From an uncultured Caulobacterales bacterium (GTDB lineage: Bacteria > Pseudomonadota > Alphaproteobacteria > Caulobacterales > Maricaulaceae), in assembly GCA_964654665.1 (NCBI GenBank), contig CAZZKV010000002.1, positions 75,119 to 139,118 of the forward strand: 64,000 bases of DNA, given 5' to 3'. Both the position numbers and the translations under genes were made by a program. The notes beneath the pieces are model-generated. The model worked only from the letters and a program-made list of their open reading frames with translations. It had not been told where the DNA came from and searched no databases. Shown here piece after piece: positions 26,516 through 38,922 of this stretch; the first letter of the stretch is position 1, and each line of letters starts with the position of its first letter.

Positions 26516-27157
26516 CTATAACGTTATTAAATGCGTAATGCCATAGACCGCCATTGCCGAAAGCGTAAACCCGATCAACATTATAATGCCATCCCGCGCC
26601 GTGACGCCAAGGCCTAAAATGATAATAACGATACCGGGTATGGCGACTCCAAAAGGAACCACGCCTAAAGGAAAAAGCGTTATAGCCAGAATTATTGCAA
26701 TTAAAGCGGCCAGAAACCGGGCAAACACACCCGCCGCCCACGATTGGCGCGGGCGAACAAGGCCATCGATACGGGCAAGCCATGGACGCGCTATGCGTTG
26801 GGTTTTTTCCAAACGTTCACGTTTAATTTTTATTTTCGCAATGAATTTTGGCATCCATGGCGTATCCCGACCGATTAAAAGCTGCAGAGCAAATGATATA
26901 ATAATAAGCCCTAAAGCGATTGGGACCCCCGGTATAGCGCCCAAAGGGGTAACAAGAAATAAGCCGCAAAGGGTCAATACAGGGCCAAAGGCCCGATCCC
27001 CAAAACTCTCGACCACAGAATGCAAATCTGTTTCATCTCCATCCAGTGAATCGAGCAAATATTGCAGCAAAGACTGTAAAGGTTGGCTTTCATTCATGGA
27101 CGAAGCCCTACGCCTATTTATGGGTTCCGGCAAAGAATTTATTAAGGGCTTCGGCAA
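26516..27157 (-). CDS. exoD: exopolysaccharide synthesis protein ExoD family
   Basis: ExoD-like layout: VVESFGDRAFGPVLTLCGLFLVTPLGAIPG, followed by several TM segments. The start may be ATG 27097, which would remove the overlap with the TetR gene. Confidence 0.7.
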   Translation of the reverse strand: MPKPLINSLPEPINRRRASSMNESQPLQSLLQYLLDSLDGDETDLHSVVESFGDRAFGPVLTLCGLFLVTPLGAIPGVPIALGLIIISFALQLLIGRDTPWMPKFIAKIKIKRERLEKTQRIARPWLARIDGLVRPRQSWAAGVFARFLAALIAIILAITLFPLGVVPFGVAIPGIVIIILGLGVTARDGIIMLIGFTLSAMAVYGITHLITL

Positions 27158-27755
27158 AATCTGTGCTTTGCGTCCAATAGGGCGTAATTTGGATTAATGT
27201 CATAAAAACCCCATGATCAATAAGAGATTTAGGGGGCGCCGTACCATGTCGCAAATCATGATATTGTAACCAAAACGTAAAATGTTGCGCTATGCGTCCA
27301 GCTAGAGCGTTGCGCTCACCCGTCTCAAATAGTAAATATCCGGCCGATTCCAAAGCCGTAAGAAGACTATCAGCTGTACGTTCTTTTAACGCCAGAAGAC
27401 GAGAAAATTTTGTTTTCAAATCCGGAATACGAGACAGAATTTCAGATTGATTTTTATAAAAAAACCGAAAATCAAAAATTTCTTCAAAAATAATATAGAG
27501 AAAGACCCAATTATCTTCGAGTTTAAGTGGTTCGCGCACAGGCGCTGCGAGAACTTGACGTAATTCTGTTTCGAAATCATCGAAAAGCACCCGAATAATT
27601 TCATCTTTCCCTTTGTAATGATAATAAAGATTACCCGGACTAATCCCCATAACAGAGGCTATATCAACAGAGCTGACTGTGCTCTCCCCTTCATTATTAA
27701 ACAAGCCGAGCGAAGTTGCCAAAATCGTTGTTTTCGTTTTTGACCGCTGCTGCAT
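27114..27755 (-). CDS. phaD: TetR-family regulator (PhaD-like by context)
   Basis: N-terminal HTH TVSSVDIASVMGISPGNLYYHYKGKDEII. It sits at the end of the phaC-phaZ cluster, as phaD does in pseudomonads. Confidence 0.65.
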   Translation of the reverse strand: MQQRSKTKTTILATSLGLFNNEGESTVSSVDIASVMGISPGNLYYHYKGKDEIIRVLFDDFETELRQVLAAPVREPLKLEDNWVFLYIIFEEIFDFRFFYKNQSEILSRIPDLKTKFSRLLALKERTADSLLTALESAGYLLFETGERNALAGRIAQHFTFWLQYHDLRHGTAPPKSLIDHGVFMTLIQITPYWTQSTDFAEALNKFFAGTHK

Positions 27756-27763
27756 ATGCCTGT

Positions 27764-28231
27764 TTATTTTTTAACAGGTGTTTTTTTAATACGTGTAGTT
27801 GTCGCCCGTTTAGAGCTCGGTTTTTTTATCTTCTTTTTAGGTTCAAGTAGAGCTAAAACTTTATCGACTTTAGCCTCAAGAATATCTAAACGCTCATTCA
27901 TATCAACAGCCGCGGCATCCGGCATGCCGCCTCCGCGCGAGAGCCGTTCACGCATACGTGCAATACGATCATCAATATGTAAATCAGGGACAGCCGCCTT
28001 ATCTAAAATTTCTTTACCTTTGGTTTTACCAATAATTTCCAGCATTTCGCCTTTTTGCACCAATTCATCAAAAACATCACTGGATTTACCCGTAACATCT
28101 TTCAATGCCTCTTGAGCCTCTGTAAACGCTCGGCCATACGCTCCGATACCCGCCAGCCAGATACGACGAGCGGTATCACTACTGCTGCGTTTTTTCTTGT
28201 CATTATCAGTGGGTTTAGGATCAATAGACAT
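27764..28231 (-). CDS. PHA granule-associated protein (PhaF/PhaI-type phasin with Lys-rich histone-like tail)
   Basis: ARRIWLAGIGAYGRAFTEAQEALKDV...FDELVQKGE phasin motif. C-terminal tail is KKKIKKPSSKRATTTRIKKTPVKK. The start is ATG 28231, 10 nt after the phaZ stop. Confidence 0.75.
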   Translation of the reverse strand: MSIDPKPTDNDKKKRSSSDTARRIWLAGIGAYGRAFTEAQEALKDVTGKSSDVFDELVQKGEMLEIIGKTKGKEILDKAAVPDLHIDDRIARMRERLSRGGGMPDAAAVDMNERLDILEAKVDKVLALLEPKKKIKKPSSKRATTTRIKKTPVKK

Positions 28232-29135
28232 AGGCAGGGTCAAACTCGTCTTTATGGTTAAAAGCTGCTGCAACAGACGGCAATAATACAGGCTCGACAT
28301 GCGGGATCGGCACTTCCGGTTCACCAAAAAAATCACGAATTAATTCGACAGTTTTATCGCGACGTGTCAGCAAAAATAAATGACCGGCATCTTTGATCAC
28401 CTCAAGTCGGGACCGTTTGAGCATAAAATGTAACATGCGCCCGTTAATAACCGGAACAATGTGATCTTTTTCGCCCATTATAACTAATGACTTTGCACGT
28501 ATCCGCCGAATGAATGGCAAGGTCGAATATCCCATCATTGCGGTTAATTGGAATATATACCCTTTTAGGCTTGGCGGCACCATATTTGTAGAAAACTCGC
28601 CCATATCATCGGCAGCATCACCATAAAGCGTTTCAAAATTTTTCGCAAGAAAGTCACGATCAATATATCGTTTCGGCGACATCATTTTTGATATCGCTTT
28701 TGGATTACCCGGCACCATTGTAGCCCCAGTTGTCGTCGCGCATAGAACTAAACGCTTGGTCATATGTTTATTTTGCCAAGCAAATTGCTGGGCTGGGCCA
28801 CCGCCCCAAGAAACACCTAGAACATCCACTTTACTATAGCCGTTTTCTATTAAAATTTGTTTCGCAGCTTTCGCGACCCACCACAGGCGGTATGGCACTG
28901 TCGGATCGGGAGACCCGCCAACCCCGGGCATATCAAATGTAATAATATCTCGCCCCGTAAAGGTATCTGCAAAAGCCTGAGCGATTTCAAGATTGGCACC
29001 AATACCGTTAAAAAACAAAAGCGGCGTTCGTTTACCGTGCCCTTTGTCAATACCACTCCATATAGCGGTTCGTAGTTTTTGATTACCAATCTTTGAAAAA
29101 AAGATTCGGGGTAAATTTGGATGAAAATCCGTCAT
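28221..29135 (-). CDS. phaZ: intracellular medium-chain-length PHA depolymerase
   Basis: Strong similarity to Pseudomonas PhaZ as I recall it: LLFFNGIGANLE, FDMPGVGGS, lipase box GVSWGG, VPGNPK, DAGHLFLLTR. Confidence 0.88.
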   Translation of the reverse strand: MTDFHPNLPRIFFSKIGNQKLRTAIWSGIDKGHGKRTPLLFFNGIGANLEIAQAFADTFTGRDIITFDMPGVGGSPDPTVPYRLWWVAKAAKQILIENGYSKVDVLGVSWGGGPAQQFAWQNKHMTKRLVLCATTTGATMVPGNPKAISKMMSPKRYIDRDFLAKNFETLYGDAADDMGEFSTNMVPPSLKGYIFQLTAMMGYSTLPFIRRIRAKSLVIMGEKDHIVPVINGRMLHFMLKRSRLEVIKDAGHLFLLTRRDKTVELIRDFFGEPEVPIPHVEPVLLPSVAAAFNHKDEFDPAYVY

Positions 29136-29270
29136 AAGGGCCTTTCCGTCCCGCAATGCGGGGCCCGATTATTGTTTTAATGCTGCCCGCCCCATAAGCG
29201 CATCGATTATAGTATATCAGAGCTTATCACTCTCTATTTATATATTTATATTGGTCTTTATCCGTTGATA

Positions 29271-30950
29271 TCAAGTAAAGACATATTCACCTGGCGCTTG
29301 GGATAACGGTGGATAAGCTTTATTCCCTATTTTCTTGGGAGCATTTTTCATCTCTCCGGATCGTTCTGACAACCAATCATTCCACCGTAACCACCAACTC
29401 GCATCCACAGAACTCGCCCCTTTAACCCATTCATCCGGGGTATCAGGGAATTCAGTATTTGTGAAATATTGCGCTTTTGGATTGCCCGGAGGATTAAGCA
29501 ATGATTGTAAATGGCCCGCATTGGATAAGATAAATTCAACCTCGCCGCCAAAGAGCTTAATATTCCGATAGCACGCCTTCCACGGCGTAATATGGTCAGT
29601 CACACCGGCCATTAAAAAAGCGTCTTGCGTTACAGCAGACAAATCAATCGTGTGGTCTAAAAACTCAACTTCGCTCTCGGGTCGGAACCGCTTATCATAA
29701 AAAATATCCAGATAATCGGAATGCAATTGTGCCGGTAAATTTGTTGTATCATTATTCCAGTAAAGTACATCAAAAGGTGGGGGATCTTCGCCCAAAAGAT
29801 AATTATTCACCACATAATTCCAAATCAGATCATTAGGCCGCATCCAGGCAAAACTACGGGCTAATTCCTCACCCGTCAAAATGCCTTTCTTACTCGAATT
29901 ACGTCGGGACGCCTCTATCGCTGCATCAGTTACAAATAAACCCACTTCGCTATCGGTTTTCTTTCCATCCAAAACACATACAAATAACGAAAAACAATTC
30001 ACACGGTTGTCGCCGCGAGCTGCCAGCTCTGATAGCAATAATGCCATTGTAATGCCCCCGGAACACGCGCCAGAAACATTAATACGGGAGCTTCGGGTGA
30101 TTTTCTTGACGGCATCAGAAGCATCAATCAAAGCTTCAACATAATTTTCCAATCCCCAATGGGCGTGTTGACGTGTTGGGTTGCGCCAAGATACGGCGAA
30201 AACCTGAAAACCACATTTCGTGAGGAATCGAATCATTGACTTTTCCGGCGACAAATCATTGGCGTAAAATTTATTAATTTGTGGCGGAATAATCATCAGT
30301 GGAATTTTATAAACTTGCTCGGTTTTTGGCTGATATTGAATAAGTTCGAGCATTTCAGACTTAAAAACAACAGCCCCTTTAGCTGTTGCAAGGTTTTCGC
30401 CCACTTTAAACGGACGTCCGTCAACTTGACTGGGCATCCCGCCATTATACCGCAGATCATTATAAGCGTTTTTAAGCCCGTTCAGCAAAGATAAACCACC
30501 CGTTTCAAATAAACGTTTCATGGCTGCAGGATTGCCAATCAACGAATTGGTTGGGGCCAAACTATCAGCAACAAGATCTGTAACAAATTTAGCGCGCGCC
30601 TTATCTGCCGGATGCATACCCGAATCCGTGATCCATCCATCCAATTCTTTTCGCATGGCAAGCCAGCTTTGCAATCCGCGCTTATAAACAGGGTTAGTCT
30701 GCCACGTACTATCTTTGAACCGTCTATCTTTTCGAGACGGTTCAAGTTCGGATGTACCCTTAGCGATTTCCAGTAACTCCGAGGCGTAATTTTTCAAATG
30801 CCGGGCGACTGGCCGCGGCTGTTTGGCCGCATAACCAGCCATTAATCCAAGTGAACGCACAATTTCAGATCGCCGAAAACCAACTAAAGAATTAACTGCG
30901 GTTGTCGTTTCAGCGGCCTTTTGGCCAACTTTTTCCGGTTTTAATGCCAT
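29271..30950 (-). CDS. phaC: class II poly(3-hydroxyalkanoate) synthase
   Basis: Near-collinear with Pseudomonas PhaC1: PPQINKFY, lipase-like box GACSGG, FAWMRPNDLIWNYVVNNYLLG, DHITPW, SNAGHLQSLLNPPGNPKA. ATG 30950 with GAGGGTGG SD. Confidence 0.92.
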   Translation of the reverse strand: MALKPEKVGQKAAETTTAVNSLVGFRRSEIVRSLGLMAGYAAKQPRPVARHLKNYASELLEIAKGTSELEPSRKDRRFKDSTWQTNPVYKRGLQSWLAMRKELDGWITDSGMHPADKARAKFVTDLVADSLAPTNSLIGNPAAMKRLFETGGLSLLNGLKNAYNDLRYNGGMPSQVDGRPFKVGENLATAKGAVVFKSEMLELIQYQPKTEQVYKIPLMIIPPQINKFYANDLSPEKSMIRFLTKCGFQVFAVSWRNPTRQHAHWGLENYVEALIDASDAVKKITRSSRINVSGACSGGITMALLLSELAARGDNRVNCFSLFVCVLDGKKTDSEVGLFVTDAAIEASRRNSSKKGILTGEELARSFAWMRPNDLIWNYVVNNYLLGEDPPPFDVLYWNNDTTNLPAQLHSDYLDIFYDKRFRPESEVEFLDHTIDLSAVTQDAFLMAGVTDHITPWKACYRNIKLFGGEVEFILSNAGHLQSLLNPPGNPKAQYFTNTEFPDTPDEWVKGASSVDASWWLRWNDWLSERSGEMKNAPKKIGNKAYPPLSQAPGEYVFT

Positions 30951-31030
30951 ATCCACCCTCGTTTTTTATATTAAACGCGGTTTTGCCGCAGATGCCAAGT
31001 CTTTTGAAGGTTTTTATTAATTTTTAAAGT

Positions 31031-31071
31031 GACACGCCCAACCCTAGAGGAAGATAAGAATTGGGCGTGTC
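31031..31071 (-). terminator. 11-bp perfect stem hairpin between the phasin gene and the phaC promoter region
   Basis: GACACGCCCAA (31031-31041) pairs with TTGGGCGTGTC (31061-31071). On the - strand it is followed by ACTTTAAAAATT, so the U-tract is imperfect. Confidence 0.45.
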
Positions 31072-31103
31072 GCGTAACTTAGGGTTAAAAGGGGGAGGAA
31101 ACT

Positions 31104-31544
31104 CTAAGCCGCTTTTTCAGTTTTTTGCGTTGTCATTTTAGTTTTTGACGCTGCTTTTTTCACTGTTGTTTTTTTAGACAAAGCTGTGATTTTCTTAGTC
31201 AATGTCGCAATCTCAGCTTCCAACTCAGCAACACGGTCATTCGAAGCTTTAGGTAATATTCCGCGAACACGCGCTGTCGTACCTGAAAATGTTTCGCCCG
31301 CTTTTACTTGAGCAACTTTAGCATAAGTACCAGCTTTATCTTCAATTTCTGTACCACGCTCTACCAATGTATCGAAAAATCCGTCAGCTTGACCTCGCAA
31401 TTGAACGACGCGATCCTTGGCACGATCATAAGCAGCGGCATGAAGACCAATATAGGCCAATGCCCCTTTACGGAATAAAGCCTTGGCTTTTAAAGTTTCT
31501 TTTTCAACTGTTTTTACAGTGTCTTTTGTTTTTGTCTTAGCCAT
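31104..31544 (-). CDS. phasin (PhaI/PhaF-type PHA granule-associated protein)
   Basis: KALFRKGALAYIGLHAAAYDRAKDRV...FFDTLVERGTEIE parallels the other phasin. Strong GGAGG SD. Lys/Thr-rich tail. Confidence 0.75.
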   Translation of the reverse strand: MAKTKTKDTVKTVEKETLKAKALFRKGALAYIGLHAAAYDRAKDRVVQLRGQADGFFDTLVERGTEIEDKAGTYAKVAQVKAGETFSGTTARVRGILPKASNDRVAELEAEIATLTKKITALSKKTTVKKAASKTKMTTQKTEKAA

Positions 31545-32023
31545 TTTGGCCTCCTGTTAATCATCTCCCGGGGAAGGAGTTTTATTTCATGAAACCGATA
31601 TAGGGCGTAAAATTAGAAAGCGCGTCCTAATTACCAAAGACAACCCCCCGGCAAACCAAAGACTACAGATGAAGCGTCACCCAACATTCAAGCCAGAGGC
31701 AAGTGCAACAATAAACGACAATCCCTTTAGAAACGCATATTTGGAGATATCCGTGTTCATATTAAAAATTCTTTCGATGCTTATATTGCCCGAACGCAGA
31801 CAATCGCCGACGAAGCTGACCGCTCAATTCAAAATGCCGCTGGTAAACAGAGGGCGCCGTTCGCAATAGCACACTGCCTAATCCAATCCAGCCTGTTCTT
31901 TTACATGATCGTGCCTGGAATAGTCTGATATGTAGTGGTGAAAATATGCGTGTGTGATGGATATCACATCAAAATACCCTATTATGATATAGCATCGCCG
32001 CAGTCAAAATAGAGGGCGAAATT

Positions 32024-33178
32024 ATGATCAAAATTACAACGTGGAATACAGAATGGCTCGACCTAGACTGGGGCGTTGTTTCAGGGCGATATGAACCCAA
32101 ACAAAGAGTATCTGTTAAAAGCGCCCCGATACTAGCCGATGCCCAAGTAAAAATTACCGCGAATAAAGCACTTATCAATCGTATTAACCCCGATATACTC
32201 TTTCTTTGCGAAGCCCCAAAAGGCGAAGAGGCTATGCAGAGTTTTGTAACTTCGGAGTTACCCGAATATGATTTAATTACACGGCCTGCTGATGAAAGTT
32301 ATGGAACACGCGGCATTCAATGGGGATGGTTTTTAGTACGGAAATCCTTATCAGACCAAATCGCACCCACATTACTCTCTATCCCTGTTTGGAAAAGCTT
32401 TGCAGCCCAAGCCAGCCCTTCTATTCGTGAAAGTGGCAATTGGTCCGTGGCCATTCCACGGCTTAAGACAATCGGGGACATCGAAGATGTCCCGGTTTCA
32501 ACCCGCGGCAATCATAAATATTACCGCCATCCTCAAACCCTCTGTTTTACCTTTGGCGGTATGCGCCACGAAATTATTGGCGCACATCTTAAAAGTAAAT
32601 TCACCGGCAATACACCGCGGCAACGGCGTATTGACGAAGATTTTGAAGAGTATGCTAAAGATGTCAGAGTCAAACGTTATCTAGCCAAGTCCCATGCCGC
32701 CCGTGTCAAACTCAGTTCAGAAGCCAGTAATATTCGGGCCTATATCGACCAACGCTTCAACCAAGAAGCAGACCCCTCTATATTTGTATTGGGTGACTTA
32801 AACGATGGGCCTGGCAAAGAATTAATGGAACGCGAGTATTTACTGCATGATCTGTTATCCAATCTGCAAGGCGAAGTGTTTTTTGCACGGCGGTTCCTCA
32901 ATCACGCGCTTTTCGATGCCCCATTATCGCTACGCTGGACGGCACATTTTAAAGATAAAATTGATCCAACGCGGAACCCCCACATATTGCTAGATCACAT
33001 TCTCTTCACTCAAGCTTTAACCGGGTCTGGTCAAAGTGCCTTGCGTGTCCGAGCGCATGCAGGGCAGGTCGAACATCTGGCTTTTGAAGAAATAGAAAGC
33101 CAATTTGGCACGGGTAATCTCAGCGATCATCGTCCTGTTAGCGTTACGGCGGTTCCGCGTCACACCGCAATAGCTTAA
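32024..33178 (+). CDS. endonuclease/exonuclease/phosphatase (EEP) family protein
   Basis: EEP motifs: ITTWNTEW, DILFLCEA, GDLNDGPG, and C-terminal LSDHRPV. GAGGG SD. No signal peptide. Confidence 0.75.
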   Translation: MIKITTWNTEWLDLDWGVVSGRYEPKQRVSVKSAPILADAQVKITANKALINRINPDILFLCEAPKGEEAMQSFVTSELPEYDLITRPADESYGTRGIQWGWFLVRKSLSDQIAPTLLSIPVWKSFAAQASPSIRESGNWSVAIPRLKTIGDIEDVPVSTRGNHKYYRHPQTLCFTFGGMRHEIIGAHLKSKFTGNTPRQRRIDEDFEEYAKDVRVKRYLAKSHAARVKLSSEASNIRAYIDQRFNQEADPSIFVLGDLNDGPGKELMEREYLLHDLLSNLQGEVFFARRFLNHALFDAPLSLRWTAHFKDKIDPTRNPHILLDHILFTQALTGSGQSALRVRAHAGQVEHLAFEEIESQFGTGNLSDHRPVSVTAVPRHTAIA

Positions 33179-33240
33179 CGATACTCGGATACGTAATCAG
33201 CGCTTTAAATCGTAAAAACAGACGGATAGTTCCGGTATAA

Positions 33241-35772
<2,532 letters not shown>

Positions 35773-35813
35773 GACATAATATAGACTCGGACGAAAACCT
35801 CTATTGCCAATAA

Positions 35814-38720
35814 CTACAGTGGCTGGAACCGAATACGGCTTCTTTTATTGGTTGTTATAACAGCTTCACCGTTCACTGTTTTAGGCGCAAACCGCGCCCG
35901 ACGAATAGCTTTTATAGCCTCATCTTCGAAATCATTTGCTAAATCACCCGTATAATCATTATTGACAATTGTAATATTGTCAGTGCGGCCTTTCGTTGTC
36001 ACATCATATTTAACAACTACAACAATTTCAGGCAAATCAGTACGGCGTAAGCCGCGCCGTGGATAGATTGGCGCAACGGACTTCACTAGTTTTACCGGGA
36101 TAATCACATCATTTGATTGAGGTATAGATGTTTGGCTGATAGCCGCGGTTTGTACGGACTCAGGTACAACAGCTGCAGGCACAGCAAGCGCAATCGCTGG
36201 CTCCGTTTCTGTAGCCGATATAATTGACGGTGACGATGGCGTCAGCAATTCTGTGCTTTCTAGGGTTTTTGGTTCTTCTAATCGCGCGACGGATAAATCA
36301 GGGTCCGGTAATGGTGTTGCTGATTCAGGTGTGGTGGGCACTGCAATTTGCGTATTGGCGCTACGCACGGCTGTTACAAATTCAGGAGTCAACGATTTAT
36401 TTTCCGGCAATCCGAAAAGCGTTTGAAACTCCATCATAGACTGTTGCATTTCAGCATTAACATATCCATCAACGGGTCCTTTATAAAACCCCAATGTTTG
36501 TAATCGCGTTTGGATATCTTTTGTCATTTTAACAAAGGCGGGGGTTGGTGCGGCTACAACAGGTTCATTAGCAATTGTTGTTTCAATCGGAACCGCTACA
36601 ACAGCGGGAGCATTCTCAATCGGGCGAGCCTTTCTCTTAGCAAGGGTCCTTTTGGGCGGTTGCGGCTTCACATTTAAGGTTTCTTTTTTAACTGATTTTG
36701 TAGTGGGGGGCTTTGGTTTAATAATCTCAACAGCGGCTGGGACTATCGGCTTTAAATCATGGGTTCCGCCGCCCTTGATGGCTTGAATGGATGTTTGTTG
36801 AACGCGGCTCAAAGCCCGAGCCATAGCGGGCGCAATCACAGCGTCATCAATACTCGTTTTTTGTGTCGCCATTACTTCCGCCTTAACTGGATTTGCCAGT
36901 ACGGTACTCTGTTTTATTGGCGTGGTAGCAGTTTTATCCCCGCCTAGACTCCAGATCGTAATGGCCGTTAGAGAGAGAAACACAACCGATAGACCAATAA
37001 TGGCCACAGGCTTTATCCATATAGGACGCTCTGCAACTATATCCGCCTGAGTAAGCAGTAAATCCTGACCAGAATAATGGGCTACATCCGTATTATCCTC
37101 GGCATCGGCATATAGAATAGCATCAGGCGAAGTTTTCAATGTTACTGGCCTATGCCGTTCATCATCATCCTCGATTACATCGGCATTCGCTTCAGGTGTC
37201 TTTAATGCCGTATTCGTTTTCTCTTCATCTCGCCCATCAGATTGTTCAATGACCCTATCAATATTATCTTCACCATTAAGTATAGCGATCGAATTTTTAA
37301 TGGTCTTAACGCGATCTTCAATATCTGACAGTTTTAACGAGGCTGATTCCATTTGGATATTCGTAACCCGCATAGTTTCGCCGGCCTCGCGGTCAAAACG
37401 GGTAAGATCATCGCGGTCCATTTGTGTTTGAGACAAGATCGCGGCTGTATTATGATACTCTTCTCGAGCGTTCGTTAAACGGGTGGAGGCGTTTTGAGTA
37501 TCCGTTTCAACATGGCTTTCCTGAGCCAAGAATGTTTTCGATAAAGCCGTTTCATCAGCAAATTGGATTTCAATCGTTTCGCATTCTTCTTTAAGCCGAG
37601 CCGCTTCCGCTTGAGCGCGAACAACAGCTTCCTCCGCCTCGTTATACAAAGTACGAGCTTGCAACAATGCACTTTCCAGCTGCCCCGAAGCCGCTCTGCG
37701 CTCATTGATTTTTTGCGTCAAATCCATTGCCTTCGCTTGGGCATCCGCCAGTCCATTTTGCGCCAATGTTACTTCGGCTTCCCGGCGAGCCAAAGTCTCG
37801 CCCAATTCATTACAATCGAGCGATAGTGTTTTTAATTCAGATGTGCGCGATGAGGCCTCAGATTTTAATAATTTTATATCTTTACGCAAAGTTTTCAAAC
37901 GGGTTTTTGTTTCCGTTTTCTCCCGGCGAGCCAATGCAAGGGCTTCATTAAGTTCAGCGATCTCAGCCAGACGCTTTGCCTCGGCGCGCGCCGCTTCTTC
38001 GGCGATCCTCACTTCTTCGGCCTCGCGTAAAGCTTGAGCAATTCGGGCTTCTTCGGCTAGGCGTTCCGCCTCGACACGTGCTTGTTCTTCAACCCGCTGA
38101 CGTTCTGCCGCCTCAAGAGCCTTTTCAGCCCGTTTCATCTCTTCAATATGGGTCTCTTCGGCTAGGCGGGCTTCTTCGGCTAATCGCGCCGCATCAATAG
38201 CGCGTTGATGCGCGGCCTCTTTAGCCGCTTCAACCCGGTCCATCTCTATTCTCAGGCTTTCTGCCTCTTCTTGGGCCTTTTGTGCCCGCATCTCAGTTTC
38301 GCTTAATGGCGCAACCTCTGCCTCCAAATTTTTCGGTTTAGGCCGGAAGCGATTTAACAACCCAATCTTTAAAGTTTTACTGCCTATAGTATCATTCGGA
38401 ACGTTTGAGCCGTCCCATATAAGCGTTTCCTCATACTGCATATCAAGGCAAGAGAGATGTAATCGATCTCCATTTTGAAGCAATCTGGCAAATCGGATAG
38501 GAATATCAATTTGCGTTTGACCATCTTTAGACCGGCAATCTAGTAATGTACTTTTTTCTGCCTTACCCCATCCAATAGGTGAAAGCCATTCATCATTATT
38601 CCGTTTTAACCGCACTAAAATCTGCGTTTGGCCATAATCGCGTGCTATTATAATACTAGGTCTTGTCTGCTCACTTGAAAATCTCGTATCCTGTAATCCC
38701 ATAGCAGCATCCCCAGCCAT
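35814..38720 (-). CDS. large bitopic protein: N-terminal domain, about 450-aa coiled coil, TM, PG_binding_1 domain, Pro/Thr linker, TonB C-terminal domain
   Basis: TM is IWIKPVAIIGLSVVFLSLTAITIW. PG-binding motif is IQTRLQTLGFYKGPVDGYVNAEMQQSMMEFQ. TonB_C is PIYPRRGLRRTDLPEIVVVVKYDVTTKGRTDNITIV...ARFAP. The start is uncertain (38702, 38720 or 38768). Confidence 0.8.
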   Translation of the reverse strand: MAGDAAMGLQDTRFSSEQTRPSIIIARDYGQTQILVRLKRNNDEWLSPIGWGKAEKSTLLDCRSKDGQTQIDIPIRFARLLQNGDRLHLSCLDMQYEETLIWDGSNVPNDTIGSKTLKIGLLNRFRPKPKNLEAEVAPLSETEMRAQKAQEEAESLRIEMDRVEAAKEAAHQRAIDAARLAEEARLAEETHIEEMKRAEKALEAAERQRVEEQARVEAERLAEEARIAQALREAEEVRIAEEAARAEAKRLAEIAELNEALALARREKTETKTRLKTLRKDIKLLKSEASSRTSELKTLSLDCNELGETLARREAEVTLAQNGLADAQAKAMDLTQKINERRAASGQLESALLQARTLYNEAEEAVVRAQAEAARLKEECETIEIQFADETALSKTFLAQESHVETDTQNASTRLTNAREEYHNTAAILSQTQMDRDDLTRFDREAGETMRVTNIQMESASLKLSDIEDRVKTIKNSIAILNGEDNIDRVIEQSDGRDEEKTNTALKTPEANADVIEDDDERHRPVTLKTSPDAILYADAEDNTDVAHYSGQDLLLTQADIVAERPIWIKPVAIIGLSVVFLSLTAITIWSLGGDKTATTPIKQSTVLANPVKAEVMATQKTSIDDAVIAPAMARALSRVQQTSIQAIKGGGTHDLKPIVPAAVEIIKPKPPTTKSVKKETLNVKPQPPKRTLAKRKARPIENAPAVVAVPIETTIANEPVVAAPTPAFVKMTKDIQTRLQTLGFYKGPVDGYVNAEMQQSMMEFQTLFGLPENKSLTPEFVTAVRSANTQIAVPTTPESATPLPDPDLSVARLEEPKTLESTELLTPSSPSIISATETEPAIALAVPAAVVPESVQTAAISQTSIPQSNDVIIPVKLVKSVAPIYPRRGLRRTDLPEIVVVVKYDVTTKGRTDNITIVNNDYTGDLANDFEDEAIKAIRRARFAPKTVNGEAVITTNKRSRIRFQPL

Positions 38721-38799
38721 TTCCCTAATATCAATTATTAAGATAAGCCTAAGACCTGCATGCAACAACGCACATAGCCTGTGTATAAAACATTAGTTT

Positions 38800-38808
38800 T
38801 GTGGATAA
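38800..38808 (-). promoter_or_regulatory. perfect consensus DnaA box TTATCCACA (on the - strand)
   Basis: The + strand reads tgtggataa. It lies in the intergenic region between the two coiled-coil genes. Only a single box was seen. Confidence 0.35.
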
Positions 38809-38922
38809 GTCCCCTTAAGAACGGGGGACAGTATCTACGCTATGGCTAAGAGGAGAAAAATAGTTTGCAGACAGCTATAAATACGCGACTTTAGCGAGAC
38901 CGTAAAATCGCATCTTATCTCC

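Noticed and set aside
26586-27197. 203-aa + strand ORF and 114-aa - strand ORF (26439-26783) overlapping exoD
   Set aside because: These are alternative-frame shadows of a GC-richer membrane-protein gene, with Arg/Pro/Gly-rich nonsense-like composition.
31545-32023. 479-bp gene-free spacer between the phasin gene and the EEP gene, including the 66-aa ORF at 31669-31869 and a TGTGAT-GGAT-ATCACA palindrome near 31953-31968
   Set aside because: I could not recognise an SD, a tRNA-like structure or a family match. It may hold promoters or an sRNA, but I cannot support a call from sequence alone.
37976-38210. Imperfect DNA repeats of the type cttcttcggc(t/c)a(g/a)
   Set aside because: They are the coding image of the AEEAR/RLAEEA heptad repeats of the coiled-coil protein, not an independent DNA-level element.
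38769-38922. Chromosomal replication origin near gyrB
   Set aside because: There is only one DnaA box, with no cluster, no AT-rich DUE, and no dnaA/dnaN/hemE context in the window.
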